From Phoronis australis (taxonomy: Eukaryota > Animalia > Phoronida), in contig NMRA01000349.1 of the NCBI GenBank assembly GCA_002633005.1, positions 186,001 to 250,000 of the forward strand: 64,000 nt of DNA, in the 5' to 3' direction. Positions 12,801 to 27,800 of the stretch are shown one piece after another. How positions within the stretch are numbered: position 1 is the stretch's first letter; the number at the start of each line of letters is the position of its first letter. Made by a program: the position numbers and the translations under genes. The notes beneath the pieces are model-generated. The model was given only the letters and a program-made list of their open reading frames with translations. It was not told where the DNA came from and searched no databases.

Positions 12801-15800
12801 GAGAACTGACAAGTTTGTTATCGGTTTATATTTATGAACAATTAATAAACCGATAGTTCTACCCTAGGCAAAACACCACTTCAAGTCTGACTATGGTGGG
12901 AGTTGGTACCAGCTTTATTACATTGCGTAGTCTAAATCAAAAGTTAATCTTTTTGGCTGAAGATGGTTTCATAGCAGCTTTGATAAGTCTGACTGCTAAC
13001 TGAATTAGGCCTACTTCTCCTTTGGGAATAACTTTCTTTTATTGGTAAAAGAGAGAAAAGCCATAAAATGTAGATGTAACGAAAATGGTGTACTTCCACA
13101 ACATGTTCATTGCTAATAGTATATAAGTCACTATTTCTCCAATGGTCACCATCTATTAGCCTGTGTGGGTTGACTGTTCATCTTACAATTCAGAGTGCAT
13201 GAACAAACTGCTTCTGTGAGCTGCAAACCTGGTGGACTTGTCTTTGTTGCCATGGTTGTTTTTGTCAGGTGCAAATTGACAGCTTTTGACCGAGGTTGGG
13301 ATCATGTTTGAAATTGTTGTGAAGAAATACCCTAAAGTAAACAGTTTCTAGAATTCAGTAAACAGCTTCATCAGAAAGGTACAGAATCAGTATAGTCAAA
13401 CATTTTTCATTTTTGCTCCCAAAAATTAAAGAAATTTCGCTCATAAAAAATTTTTGGCAGCTGCCATGTTGATCGGCCGACTTCATCAGTGACCAGTTGG
13501 TGGTGACTCTGTAAACAGACTGTTGTACACAGGACTGATCTAGATTCCCTCTCGTCGTGATTCATATTGTTTTTCTCTGACTTGATCCAGATGGATTCTT
13601 TAATCTTACGTTTCCAATCCACTGACTCTGTCCAGTAGTGAAACATGATTGTTTGACTTCGGGTTTGCGTTTAAGGATTTCCTTTCTCTTTATAGGGTGC
13701 CATTAATCCTGGGGGTCACTCATATTGACGATTGACAAGGTGTCTGCAGGCATGTACCAAAAATTGCTGGGAGACCCCCTATTGCATGTGCTAGGTCTGC
13801 CAATTCCCACCCCGTTTTGCAGGTACATTTTTCTGCCTCGCCCCTTTTTGTGGGGTAGTTTTTTTCTGCTCCACCCCTTTTGTGGGGTTGGAATGGAAAT
13901 TTAGGGACGTATTGGGCCAGGCGCGGGCCCCGCAAAACTTTGCTGCAAAATTACCGCCTACCCGCAACTTTTGGTACACACCTGTGGATGTCTTGTCAGT
14001 ATGAGTGACCCGCAAGCCATTAATATTAACTCCTAATACACCCAGAATGACATGGTTACAGTAATTGCTCTTCAATTTAGAGAAACATTTTGTGGATCCG
14101 TGACATGTTCTTTCATCAAATTTCCCAGCATAAAAATGCAAAAAAAAATGTAGCTTCTTTGGACAATTATATTTTTCAACTGTCATCAGTCAGCGCAGTG
14201 AAGGCTGTGCAGTTTTTGAAAGTCAGTGATATTTAAGAAAATGGAAAATATGTTTCAGCAACTATTTTTGTTTGAGCTGTACTTTGTATTTTGCAAAGCT
14301 GCAAAGCACGTTCTTGACATGTCTGGTGACTGGACTACAACTGCACAGAAAGACTTGAAAGTGCACCCTCCATTTGCTCCACCCAAGTTAACACTGGACA
14401 ATCTGGCATACACTGTGTATTCATCTGGAACCACAGGCAAACCTAAAGGTAGGGTAATACGGAGATCTCAGATCACCATATTGGTTCAACGATCCTATTT
14501 AATTGTGTAGCTATCTGTAGTACGACGGTCATTGATTACACAGCTAGACTTGAATATGGCGGTATATACTCACTTTGGTGCTGTATCCGTCAAGCAGTCC
14601 CGTGGCCTCGTTCTCGTGTCAGTGGAGTTTTTCGTGTTATTTGTTGTTACTTTACTGTTTTTCAAGCTTTTCTCCTCTGTATTAAGTGTGTTCGACCTTC
14701 CTGTGCCAGCAAAGTTTCACTGCTGTGTTGTTGGATGCAACTTCGATGGCGGAAAGTCGGATAAACTTGAGAGGTATCCACGAATGCGACATTTTCCGAC
14801 ATGATTCCTAGCCCAATATTTCTAAAATGAGGCCAACGTAACAATGCGTTTTGCAACTTCCACGACAAAGGAGATTTGTATCTAGGACCGTCCTATTCTA
14901 AATTGGACACAGGTTTGCCATTTGAAACACGTTGTTGCTCTCGAGTTGAAAATTAAAAAAAACGTTATTGAATTACGCGTTACTTGCCTGATAATTGAAC
15001 AATTCATTCTACTGCTATTTTATTATAAAAATTTTACGTCATTTTATACCTGTTGGTGGTAGACATGATTCATTATTAAAAGTTAAAACGGCTAAAAACC
15101 CGTAAGTTTCCATCCCAAAAGCTAACTTGATTGGAACATTTGCCATTAAGAAATTGATCTCTCAGATTTTTCTTCAGTTAAACTGGAGAGGATTTCAGGA
15201 CTTTGAAAGAGTTGAAGTTCGTTATTGTTTGAGACCTGGCTCTAAAAGTTGATATGTTGCAGCGGGTCGTTATTTGTTGAGCAAAGTTGCTATGAATAAT
15301 GAACTTAAGTTCTTTGTAAACCTAGAAATGACCTTTTGTGTGATTTATGAACACTTTGAAGCCACGTTTATAGCAGTAGGTGGTTTTAATTAAACATTCA
15401 ATTCTTGGACAGAACATGGGTTTATAGCAACTTAAAGCAAAGTGCGAAATCAGAGTTGGTAATTTAAGTACTCAGTTTCTGCTATTGGCACTCATATTAA
15501 TTATCAACTGACAAAGTTGTAAGTTTTGATAAGTCATTAGAGAAACTTGGAATCGGGTATCCGCTGTTGTTAAGTCATGTACTCTGAAAATTTAGCAAAA
15601 CCAAAAATTAGTTAGAAAAACAAGCCACTGTCAATGAGTGAAAAAGATTAGTTTGCTGAAAAGGGTAGGTATGATAGTAAACCATTCCATTGTTTTTATG
15701 GTAAATTTTAATCCTTTGAGAAAGAAATTTATTGTAAAATTGATACACCACGTTTTCTCATATTTATCTGCTTGTAAATGGTTTTGAAAAGATATTTTTA

Positions 15801-18800
15801 CTGAGGAAAAGTCGCGGTGCTTTTCTGAGGTCGGCGATGTCCATTCTCCCCGTTTCCAAATATGTAACTTTCTAACGCACCTTACTTTCTGAACTGACAT
15901 GTAATGGCTTTCCACACATATAAGCTGTCAATCTCGTATTGATTTACTAAATGCTCCTGAATTGCCATCACAACATTCTAAAGAGGTAATAGGCAATTGC
16001 AGTCTTGAGACAGTCTCATTTAATTCTCTGCCTATGTGTGCAAGACTTAAGTGTTGGTAACTAAATGCTATTGAGTCATGTCAGATTGCCAAGACGTATA
16101 ATTGGTTTACGTGTGTGTGTGTAGTGGGCTATGAGTTGATTAAATCGTGCATGTTACTATGTGGGAACAACGAGTCAATATCCAGCTGTTTTTTGAGACC
16201 CATGGGAATTGTTACAGGCGACTGGTGGTGATCAAATAGACATGGTTGTGATCTGCCTTCTGTTAGAATGTCAAGCCACAATTATTTTTAGCAACAGTGG
16301 TATTTTACTGAAGAAATGAACGAGGAACTAATAATGCTAAGAGGTTAATTTCAATGATGAAAAATATAATCAACTTACTACTTCTCAATTAGCTGCACCG
16401 AATAAAAGTCGCTCAAAGGACGACTCCGACAACTTTACAAGAATTACACTGTTGGATATTGGCGGAATTTTTCTAAATTGCTGTGCAACCGCATTTAAAA
16501 ATTGAACAGAAGAGAAAGAAACGATGTCAGAATTCCAAGTAGGCTTTAGAAAAACGTATTCCAGTATTATTCCAATATTTTTGTTGTGCACACATTAATA
16601 ACTAACTGTTATTTTAGAGACTGGCAGATTTTACTGTCTCTTTGTAGATTTCAAGAAAACCTTTGTCTTTGTCAGGAGATGTGGCTTTAAAATATTAGCT
16701 GAAAATGCATGGAATGTTAGGTGAAATGTATAAAAGTGTTAAATCCTGTTGTGGTTCCTTGAACTGAGACGGAGAAAATGCTGAGTATTTTGTTTGTTAG
16801 GAGGTCATCAGGTGTGGGAATTTTCCCCGTTTTTATTTTCGTCTTTATCAGCTCATCTTGAGCATGAACTACAAGCAACACGAGGTGTATCCATGCCTCT
16901 TTTAAATATATGTGCTGTCTTCTGTATGTTGATAATTTAGTAATTAACTTACACAGCATTTAATGTGCAAAGATCCATAATCTTGAAATATGTTGTAGAA
17001 AGTTTGTCATTAATATGACCAAAACAAAAGTCTTATTATTTCAAAAAGGCGACTATAAGTACCTTGGTATACACTTAACTGTTAAGACCGTGTGGACGAA
17101 GACGCAAAAAAGTTTGCCAAACCAAGCATTATTGAAAATTCAGGCAAAACACAAAAGAATTTTGGAAGTGCAGCATCTAATGAAAAACTCATTAATGCCG
17201 TGTTGACAGCAAACAAGTTAATAGCAAAAAGATTTTTCATAGTCTCTGGTAGAGATATGTGAAGCAGTTCACTTACTCTGAGACTGCAAGCTATCTGTTT
17301 GACGTAACCCTTATCAACCAGTGACGGGTTGTTTTCTGATGTTTTTTTCGCCCAGGAAGAAGTGATTTTGCATCCACAAGTAGTTCCTAGGGGGCTCTTT
17401 CAGAAAAAGGTGGTGTTTTTTTTTAAACTTGTATAGCCAACCACAGTGGTCTCATTCACGTGTGAGCTTTAAATGTTGTGCTGTGCATGAGATTAGAAAA
17501 CTCCTTTGGTGATTTGTCACTACCAAGTTTGCAATTTCCGTTGACTTTTCTTTATTGTAGATGATACAGTAAAAACTATGACTGTTTTGAAATACTGGTC
17601 ATAGACTTGAAATCCCATTGTCGTCAGTCTGGCTTCAATAAGAGCAGTCTGGCAACGCCTGCTATAGACTTGAACAATCTTAACGGTCCTTTTTAGGAAC
17701 CAAATTTAGACAATGGTGATATCATGGCCCCTCTACCAAATGTATTTGCCCAGTGCTAGGCATGCAAAATGATCCCAAAAGTCAGATGAGAGCTTTTTCA
17801 ATCTTTTTTTTCCGAAAGTCCCCATAGGAAATCTCTGGTAAAAGACCCAAGAAGTTTTATTGTATATAAGCCCTACTATCTTTTAAATCATCATTCCTTT
17901 TAAAAAAATAACAATTTATTCGAAATATCAAGGTCAGTGATCTTGTTTTTTTTTAATTTTCGAATGATCGAAACACTTACAGGAGTTTATTTATCACAAA
18001 ATCTCTACTCTCCTTGTCACGTGCCTGTGTTAGTGAATTGCAGGTAGTTTCCTTTGTTACTTACAGGAATCCAGTGTCCTCACAGAGGGGCAGTCTTTTC
18101 TTATCACTGGAGGCACAGTAACTATAGTTACGAAGTGGGTGATAAAGAGGCATGTAATGTCTTCTTTGTCTGGGAAATGTTGAGACCACTCTTAAAAGGT
18201 TTGACTTTGGTTCTCATGATTATTTGTAATTTTCTGCTTTCATTGTTATAGCAAAAAACTCTTTGTGCACAAAACGTATTTTATTGATTTTGACGGTCTG
18301 TTATCTGTAAACAGTGTGTAAAGTTTCATACTGAGGTATGAACGTGCTCAAACTGCATTTATTTGATAACACACTTTAAGGCGCAATGTAGCATTTTTTT
18401 CAAAGAAACTTCACATGGTTGCCAATAGGTAGGAATGGGAAGCCATACAAGTGTTCTGTAAACTCATTAAACTGATCTCTTTATATCATTGTTATCTGAC
18501 AGACGTGTTTAACTTAATAAATTCGTTTTATCCTGCAGGAATTCCCATGTACATCATTCCAGACAATGTCATTTACGACCCCGTGCTGTTGAGTAAATTT
18601 ATAGCGAGTCATCGGATCACACGCATGCTGTTCACCCCTTCACTGTTTGAAGCCATGCTGGAGTCTGGTGACAGGGAGATGGACATCAAGACCAACCTCA
18701 AATCACTGAGGTATCGGAATTAGATGAGATTACATGGCGATTACAGTATCAGGAAAGAGCTGTGATAATTGCAGCTTAGTGCCATGAAGGCATGGGGATT

Positions 18801-21800
18801 AGTACATTTGTAGCAATGATTGGATTGACTGAGAAAAGACTGAATTGAGACATGGTCTTACTCTAATCCTGAGTAACCTGTGTTGAATCATCCGTAATCT
18901 TAGGCAGGGAATGGGAACGATTCAGTCACTGGACATCTAGATTTTCGCTCTGATCTTCTGTATCCCATTTTCTGAATTGTGGGTGTTTGACATGTGATAA
19001 AAAATACCAGATCTTTACCGCATCAAAAATATCCTGTATACTGATTTATATCCAACTTTACAGTGATTTTTGTGCAGGATGAAATAAAATTGCTGCTGTA
19101 ATTAACGTGTTGCACTGTTGCGGATGGTTCTGATTTTTTTATAATCTCGGTTATTTTCTTGTCATTTAGCGTATGCTGTGGAGTGCGACAGCAGAATTTT
19201 TCACCAGGCCAACTACAGAGTCTGTTAAATGAGAAGGAATCTGAGATTTGAGTTGTTATCCTCCACACAGTTACTTGTAAAAACTAATAAAATCTCACGT
19301 GTGCTAAAGCATATTCCTTGAGAATACATAAATAACTGCTACTTACTGTGATAATTGCTATCAACTATTTCTAGAATATAATGCTCTCATAATTACATGG
19401 CTAAATCTTTATCCTGTAATTGTGAAGCCGGTGCATAAAAACATATGTCTTAAGCTTAAAGTCACTTTCATGAAATAGGTCCCAGGCAAATTATTGGTCA
19501 CATGTTTTGTCTTGTAGGCATGTAATCTTTTGTGGCGAAGTGGTAACAACATCTCTACTGGAAAGATCCATCAAACAGTTACCTTGGATAGAGTTCATCA
19601 ACCTCTACAGTATATCTGAGGCTCATGATGTAGCGGCGACTAACTTGAACCTCTACTACTCGAATAACAAGGTGAGTGTTGTCACTCGAAGTGGTTGTGT
19701 TTCTTAATGATGTATGTACATGCTCCTAACTATGCAGGAACTAAACGGCAGTGCTATTTTAACAGCATCTATGCTAAACAAAGCGCAGTAGTATTCAGTG
19801 ACAACTTGTAAATGTGAAAACAAAAAAATTCTGCAAAATAGGTGACATTTGCACTAATGACGTACCTCGTAGCTTTATAATATATAGCCCTCATCATGCA
19901 GTGTGATTCCCAACACCACATCACGATACTTACTGAACACGGTTGAGTGATTTACAGCAGATCCCTTTAGACAATCACAAAACTTGTTCTTAAAAACATT
20001 TGGCAATTTTCAACCAACATCATATTCACATCCTTGCTATATGTTGTGTTTCTAATGGACCAAGCAATTACAGAGATAAGGAGTTAGTGTGAAAATTCTA
20101 CTTTAAAGACGAATTGTTCATCCATCCTTTCTGTACGAGTTTTAGTCTATTGCTTTGTCTCAGTGTGACTCATAGTGACATTTTTTGTTGCAGGATTCAT
20201 TCAAGACTCGAAAGTTTTGTCCAGTTGGCAAGGTGCTGGATGGAGTGTACGTAGTGATCCTGGATGACACTAAGAACGTTCTACCTGTGGGTGCCCCAGG
20301 GGAGGTAGGAAGTATGTCAGCTGCACAAAAATGTCAGTACGGACCAACTTGTTCAGCATGGTTTTAAGCAATTGCAAACTGTCAGTTCTTTCTAATGCCG
20401 TGCTTGCTGTTCCTTTCAAAGCAGTTCGTATCTATGGTACTAGTGTTCTGAGCCAGTTCTGTTCTCGCTTTTATAGATTTTCATTGGAGGACCAACTCTG
20501 GCGTTTGGTTATTTAAAAAGACCTCAGTTAACAGAAGAGCGGTTCATCAAACGTCCCGCAGGTGTCCCCGAGAAGTACGGTGAGCGCCTGTACAAGAGTG
20601 GAGACTGGGGGTACCTGTTGGGGGACGGTAGTCTAGAGATTTGTGGCCGCTGCGACTCCATGGTCAAAATTAGGGGCTACTCCATTGAAATTCAGGTAAT
20701 CAGTTTATGGATGGTGTCCCATTGTTGTGTATAGGGTGGTGCAGCGTTGAACCACCCACAAGACCACATATGGAGTTTTGTAAAATTTGAACAAAAATTA
20801 TCACTAAAATCATCATTCTCAAAGCTAACTGTATTGATACAAATATTTGTTTTTGTTGATGGCAGTTGTGCGGTATAATATTTTTTTTTCAATGTTTTGC
20901 CTTACTGTGTTCTAAATTGAAGAAACTTTATCCTATCTGCTTGAAGCTCAGCAGAACAGTCTGTGGTGAAAGAGGCCCTCAGTTGACGTATAGTTAGTTT
21001 ATGGCCCCCTTAACATTAGGACCGACCTGTGACATATCTGCTGAAATATGTTGTCCATTTTTTCAAAAAAGCAATGTTGAGTTCATCATGTTTTGTTGTA
21101 CATAATTGTCCATGTCAGACATTTCCGTTTTAAAATTACTGCATTCAGTAAACTTTAATTGCTTTAAGTTGTCTTCTTGGTCCTATTCTATTAGGCCATT
21201 GAAGCTGCCCTGTTGGAGATGCCCATGGTGAATTCGGGTGTGGTCCTGGTGTGTGGAGCGGAGGGGGAAGACAAGTACCTGGTTGCCTACATCGTGCCTG
21301 AGGGGCAGACAACTAAGAAGGAAGTGAGAGCGGCGCTTAAAAGACGGCTGCCATTCTACATGGTGCCATCTTGTTTTGTGTTTCTCACCAGGTAAATGAT
21401 TGCAGGGTGTCAAGTTTCCTATCTTTTCCTTAAAGTTTGTATTTTTCCTATTTTTTGAGAGTCTCCTATTTTCTCCTACTTTTCTGTTATATCATATCTT
21501 TTCCTTTTTTCACTCATGGTGAGTCCCAATAAAAGGGCAAGAGTAAACTGTTGTTTCTCACAGCTTACATTTTACTCCCTTGTGCTGAAATTAATAGATG
21601 CAGCTTAGTTAGGCGAACTTGCTTCTTTGAGCTTGAAACACATTGCAGGAAAGTGTGGGTCTTTCTTTATTTTTTGGCTCTCTATAGTTTAGAGATAAAT
21701 ATATTGAGTTCCGGTTCGACCTCCATCTACGCTGTTGTTTCCACATGATGGAGCTACTGTTGCCTCAAGGATGTTTGAGAGCCTGAAAGAGCATGTCATC

Positions 21801-24800
21801 TCCATGGGCAGGCTAACATAGGTGAGAGCTGGTCCTTAAATGTTAAGACAAAAATCTTTCAAAACCTACAAGAATTTATTAAGACAGAACACAGCACTTT
21901 TGGTGGATTCTTGGACTTGGGAGGTTACATTCTTCATAATGTCCATAATGGTTTTGGCAAAGGTTTGGCAAATTGTGGTAAAGGAGATTGGTCAGCTTTG
22001 CTTCGATATTCATGCTTTGTTCAACTATAGTGCTGCGCCTGGGGAAGACCACCAAGATCTTCAAATAAAGATGGAAAGCGTTCACTTACTCTTCAACAAC
22101 ATACAGAAGTAAGGTGGCTGAGTTTGGAAGTGCCATCAAGAGAATCCTTGAACAGTGAGATTGTGTCTGCAGTTATGTTGAGGATCTAGGAAAGAACGAG
22201 AGGACTGAGCCAAAAAGTTCAAGCTACAAAAGAGAGACTTGCATTTTATCAAGTGACACAGACAGGAAGCTAGAATACAGCGTCAGTGTTTAAGCAATGT
22301 TGCCTCTGTTGTCTCTGTCCCCTACAATGCATCTGATTGAGGAGCATGTGTGCAGCACACTGTTAAAGCTGATAAGACGGTGCATGAAAAGTAGCGAGCA
22401 AAATTGTACTGGAGCAGACTTGGGCGCTGTACAAGTAAAGAACTTGAAGGATCGGTTTTCATATGAGAAACTGGTCATTGGTGAGAGTACACGAACGGAG
22501 CTAGAGAAACTACTGAAGCGTGTGCCTGAGATGAAGTAAAACCCTGTTAGGAGTGCGCTTTTCCTTCATTGTTTCCATACAGTACCTCCAGAGCCGCTTG
22601 CCACTTCACTACACACTGCAGAGGAATTTTAGCTGCATGAGTCCCCTTGAGTTGGCGAAAACAAGAGCTCTGTGGCAGCTATCCAAGGAGTGACGAGGGA
22701 GGTGCAATGTCTCTGGTGGTTGATGAATGGAGCTGTATCAGTGTGATGGGGATATTCCACCGTTTGATTTCAGTGCCGCAGTTGAAGATTTCTGGATCAG
22801 TCTTTTTTTACTGAGTGGTGTGGACGGAAGAGTTAGATGTGAATTGCTCCCATCAATAGTGAAAGCTAGCATCGTCCTCGCCCAAACTAATTCCAAGTCG
22901 GAAGGAAGTCTGTCTATTAATTTCCTCATGCTTTCTAAAGATCCAGCCAGTGTGGGTGAAGAAACCATGGTAGGTCTTCGCAGTGTGAAGGAAGTTACTT
23001 GGTTTTATGATCCTGTGGATTGCAAGTATGAGAGAATTCCAGTGACGAAAGGACTTCAGATTGGCCTACAAATATGCACATTCAAATTATCAGGGACGAC
23101 TAGAAGAACTGAAGAGAGACAAGAACAGGAGCAAGGAAATTTGAACAGGAGATGGCACAGAAACGGCAGGAAAAGTTGAACGTGCGGAAACACTTTTTGA
23201 GTCAGAAGCCGATCTCGCTTAAGAAGAAGAAGATGTCTTTGGAGAGTTGAAGGCTGAAGATAAGCACATGTCAGAGGCTAATGTGAAACTCAGAGAAACA
23301 TTATCTTGTTGATCATCTTTCTCCAAGCATTAACCGCTGCATCCATGATGCTGGACACTGCAACAGCAAACTTGATGAACTGAGTAAATGCATTGATGAA
23401 ATGTGTGGAAAACAAATTTAAAGCATTTTGAAAGCAAAGCACATATTAAGCTCCTTGAAAAAACTATATGTCCGGTGGTCCAGTCTCTGCAAAGAAATCC
23501 AAGAAAGCATAGACTGTGTGCCCAAGTTTGCTGAGAACATTAATTTGTTGAGTGTAACTTACAAACTACATAATTATGTCTACATGTTCCATATGTGGAC
23601 TGATTTATAGAATATAGTTGTTTTATGGTTTGAAACTGATTTGTTTTTTGTGTGTTTTGTGCAAAGACAACAAGGTAAAGATGCTCCTGTTGTGTCTTGA
23701 TTTTTTCCTCTTTTTTCTATTCTTTTACAGAAAAATTTCTATTTTTTATTTTTTCAAGGCCTCATGTTACTTGACACCCTGTGATTGGTCAAGTGCATGG
23801 TTGACTAACTGTCAAAATGGTGATGTGATTACCTCCCAGTTTCATTTAGACCTAGCATCCACATTTTGGAAGACTGCCTATGTATAAGACCTTTTTTGTA
23901 GTCATTAACGCGTGTTCATAATTATCATATATTTTCTTATCAAATACATATATGGTAAACTTTATGCGTTTCATATGGGTGTATTATTAGCGGAGGTTGA
24001 TGCACTGTGAAAATACTTAATTGGTGCAGCAGTGTCAGCTTATAACACACAAAACTATAAAAATGCAATGTATAGTAACTTAACCAGTTTATAACACATA
24101 TTAAAGATTTGACTCACGTTTCTTTGCTAACTCTGTTATCTTTTCTGTGCAATAATCATGTCACGTGACGGTACAACAACATTTTAGGTTATTGCTCAGA
24201 CACGTGTCACAGTTGCTTCATGAGCGTATCAAAGCGTATAAATTTAAAGTCTCACTGCATACATACATACATATTTGTTAAATTAGGTAGTTGACCTCTA
24301 GCCTGCATTCATATAAACACAACTTACGGTATGTACTGTCCATTTATATGTCCGTTGTTGGTCACTCTGTTTTCATGATGAATGATTCAAAAACTGATCA
24401 GTGCTGTTTCTTTCGTAGTGGACTGTAAGTATTGACCAGTGACGGTAAAAATCGGATTCGGTCGGATCACAAGATTAAATTCATCCTAGTGTGGCTAAAT
24501 CCGACTGCATAAACTACCGCAACCATACCACGGAACTCTGCTAAAGTTAAGCAAAAATATGTCTCTCTGAGGTAGGCGAGTTCTACTGTATTTGTCTTTT
24601 GTTCTCAAAAAGGGAAACTTTGTGCAAGTACACACGGTCCATCATAAAATGGATTTGGCTGCTGAATTTGGATGATAAAATTGCTTGTATCCACGGGTAC
24701 AACGTTTTGGACTTGCTTCAATTAAGTTTAACTTCTGTCTACAGCATCCCAGTGGTTGCAGCCACAGGCAAGCTGGATAAGAAGGCTCTACCACCCCTGT

Positions 24801-27800
24801 CTGCCAGCGACGAGGCAAGCAGGGACGCGGAGGGGATGGCGACAACGAAGACTGAGCAAGAGCTGGAGGTGGTCTGGGCGGATGTGCTGCAGCTGAAGTT
24901 TGTGGATATACAGGAGAATTTCTTTGACCTAGGAGGGTGAATATATTGCACACTGAATCAGTTTGTGTCTGTGTTGTAAAACAGGCTGGGTTAATTATCT
25001 TTTTACTGAGATTTGTGGGATATCAGTTGGCTAGCTCCCCCTGTTGGCTGGAAAGTATTAGTGTTTAGTGTTTGGTTTCATTCTGGTTTGTATGACTGAC
25101 CTCCTACATCTCAGTGTAATGTGATGTCTCTGTCAAAGGGTCAATTGTCATTTGATATGAACTTTTTATCTTAAATGATATTTTTGTAATGCCGTGTTTG
25201 GTGAGAAGCCATAAAATTGCTTGAAAGGTAGAAAAGTCCAGGGTCATTTTCGAAAGTTTCTTTTTGCTTAAGGTACATTTTAGAGCTCTGTAATACAGTG
25301 GGTTGTGTTTCCTTGTTTGGTGAATAACTTGGAAATTGACTGGTTGCCTCTGAGGTTTAATTCACCACACTGTAGCCTTGTTTATTCTAGTTTTTGAGTT
25401 CGGTGAATTTATCAGCACCTTGTTGCTGCCGCATCAGTTAAGGCTTAAGTCAGGAGGCCCAACAAAAAGACATATTAACATAGTCACATGTATTCAAGAC
25501 TTTGCTGGGAATATAAGTTTTTTTTCAGGCACTCGTTGCTTGCCGCCAAGCTGTTGTCCCGAGTGAAGGAGCAGTTTGACCTTGACATGACCGTGACAGA
25601 GTTCTTCCAATGTTCCACTATATATTCCATGGCGAGACTCATTGATGGCAAGAGGTCAGGGGTCATGGAACGGCAACGCGATAGTCCCACCCTGAACCTG
25701 ATCAAGGAAGTGGAGAAACATGAACAGTTGCAAGTTAGGTAAAATAACGACTACTTTGAGTTATTACGCTACCTGAAATAATTAATTTTCTTGGAATGGG
25801 CCCTTGGTCTCTAGCAATAATGAACTTTCAGTTTTCCCAAGTCCAGCCATCATTTTTAATCTGAGTAAGGAACTTTTTGAAACCAATTTGAATTATAGTA
25901 AGTTTTTTAATCTTAAGTTTACTATATGATAACTCTTCACATATGTAGTGTACAATTTTAATGATAAGTGAAATTAAATTTCTCAAAGTTCTCCACAAAA
26001 ATAATGATTAAGAAAAATTTTAGTCTACTAATGTGGTTTATGTGGTTGGTATCATAGACGTTGTGGGATTCATTATTTGCATGACAGTCATTGCTGGAAA
26101 AATGACAATTTTAGCCATTATTTTTATGTGAAATAAATATAATTTTTTGCAAAAGGGTTTCACAGAACCTTTAAAACGGGTAGTTTTAGTGAATTATGCT
26201 AGATTGTTTATGTTGCTCCGTGTACTGCAGTATTCTGTATTTCTTTGCAGCGACATGGACATGCAACTGCGGGCTTTCTGGAGGTCATTTAACTTTGGCT
26301 GCAATCGCTGGCACAAAGGCACGGTACTACTGACTGGAGCGACTGGCTTCTTGGGCGCCTTTCTGCTAAGGGATCTGCTCTTACTAACTGAAGTATGAGA
26401 ATGCTTCTATTGTCATTGAACCTATCTCTTCTGTTGTATCCTTTATCTCCACCGAGCAGTGGATCCCCTTATGAAACTAATGACAGTCAGTTGATATTCA
26501 TTCGGTGATTTTAATGAGGTGTGGGTTACTAATTGTCTGAATTGATTAAGAACAAATTAAGCTTTCCGCCAACCAGCATGGGGAAATTGAGCAATAAGGG
26601 TCTCGCTTTAGTAATATACTGACCTAAATGGATGCATTATGGTAATTTGGTACCTTCATTCACCAAGAATCAAACTTAATTTTTTAAATAACGTGAATAT
26701 GAATTGTTAACCCATAAAACTTTATATTTTTAAAATCCTTAATTGATGATCATAGAATCCTATTATGTTCACAGAAGTAATACCCAAATGTTCATGATCA
26801 TGTGACTGCATTTTTCGAAAAAGTATTGATAAAGGTTTCCGAGATTGTTGTTATTTCCACAAACATGGATATTTGGCACAAAACTTGCAAGTTCTGTTTC
26901 GTTATTATATTTGCTGCGAAAGCATTTCTCGGATTTTCTTGCCTTTTTGCCGAGAACTGAAGTGTCAAAAATGGAGACGTTCTGTGAAAAAATGGAAGTT
27001 TTAGTGATGACACACAATCGCTTGGGCTAAAAGGCCTCAAAAGGAAATTATAGACATGCTTTTGTAGGTAATAGATACAAAAAATGAAATTTGAATTTTG
27101 TTGCAAAAATTCATGTTTGTGGAAAATGGGCGATCTTCATGAAAAATCATGTGATTATGAGCATAGCGGTATTACTTGCGTGCGTGTAATAATTCTGTGT
27201 GCTCATCAATGATATCCTTCGTTCTCGTATTAAATAATCTTCTCTCTGACATGCTTTACATCTTGTTGAACTTAAACTCATTGCCTGGCAATTGTTAAAA
27301 AATTGCAAATTTATTGATTTTTGTTCATTTATTTGCTTACTTGGTAAAAACGACATTTGCCTTTCAGACTCATGTATTTTGTGTAGTTCGTGAACTCCCG
27401 GAGGCAGATGGTATTCAACGGTTAAAGGATACTCTCAGACAGTACGGGATACTACCAACAGAGGACTCTGATAATCCACAGCCCAATTCACTGCAGTCGA
27501 TGTTCACCCAGCGTGTTCATACCATAAAAGGTGGCTCGAGTTAATAACTAACCAGGAAAAATGTTAAGATTTGGATAACCAGAGAACATAACACCTTAGA
27601 AATTTCTGAAAATTCTTAATTGTATATATAAAATGAATCTGTTAAAATGTTGAACACCCAGCTCAATTGCATGCCATTTTGAGCTTTGAATTAAGTTAAA
27701 GTTGAAGTGAACCTGCTTTGATGTCAAAAAATTAACTTTAGACTTAAACCATTTACCAGATTGTAAAACTGATGTCAAATAGGTCATTGCTCACAATAGA

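Larger units (their letters stand above)
9810..24800 (+). other. Adenylation domain exons (1-10) of the ATRR-like gene
   Basis: Core NRPS A-domain motifs in order, ending at the catalytic Lys in TGKLDK (exon 10). Confidence 0.9.
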
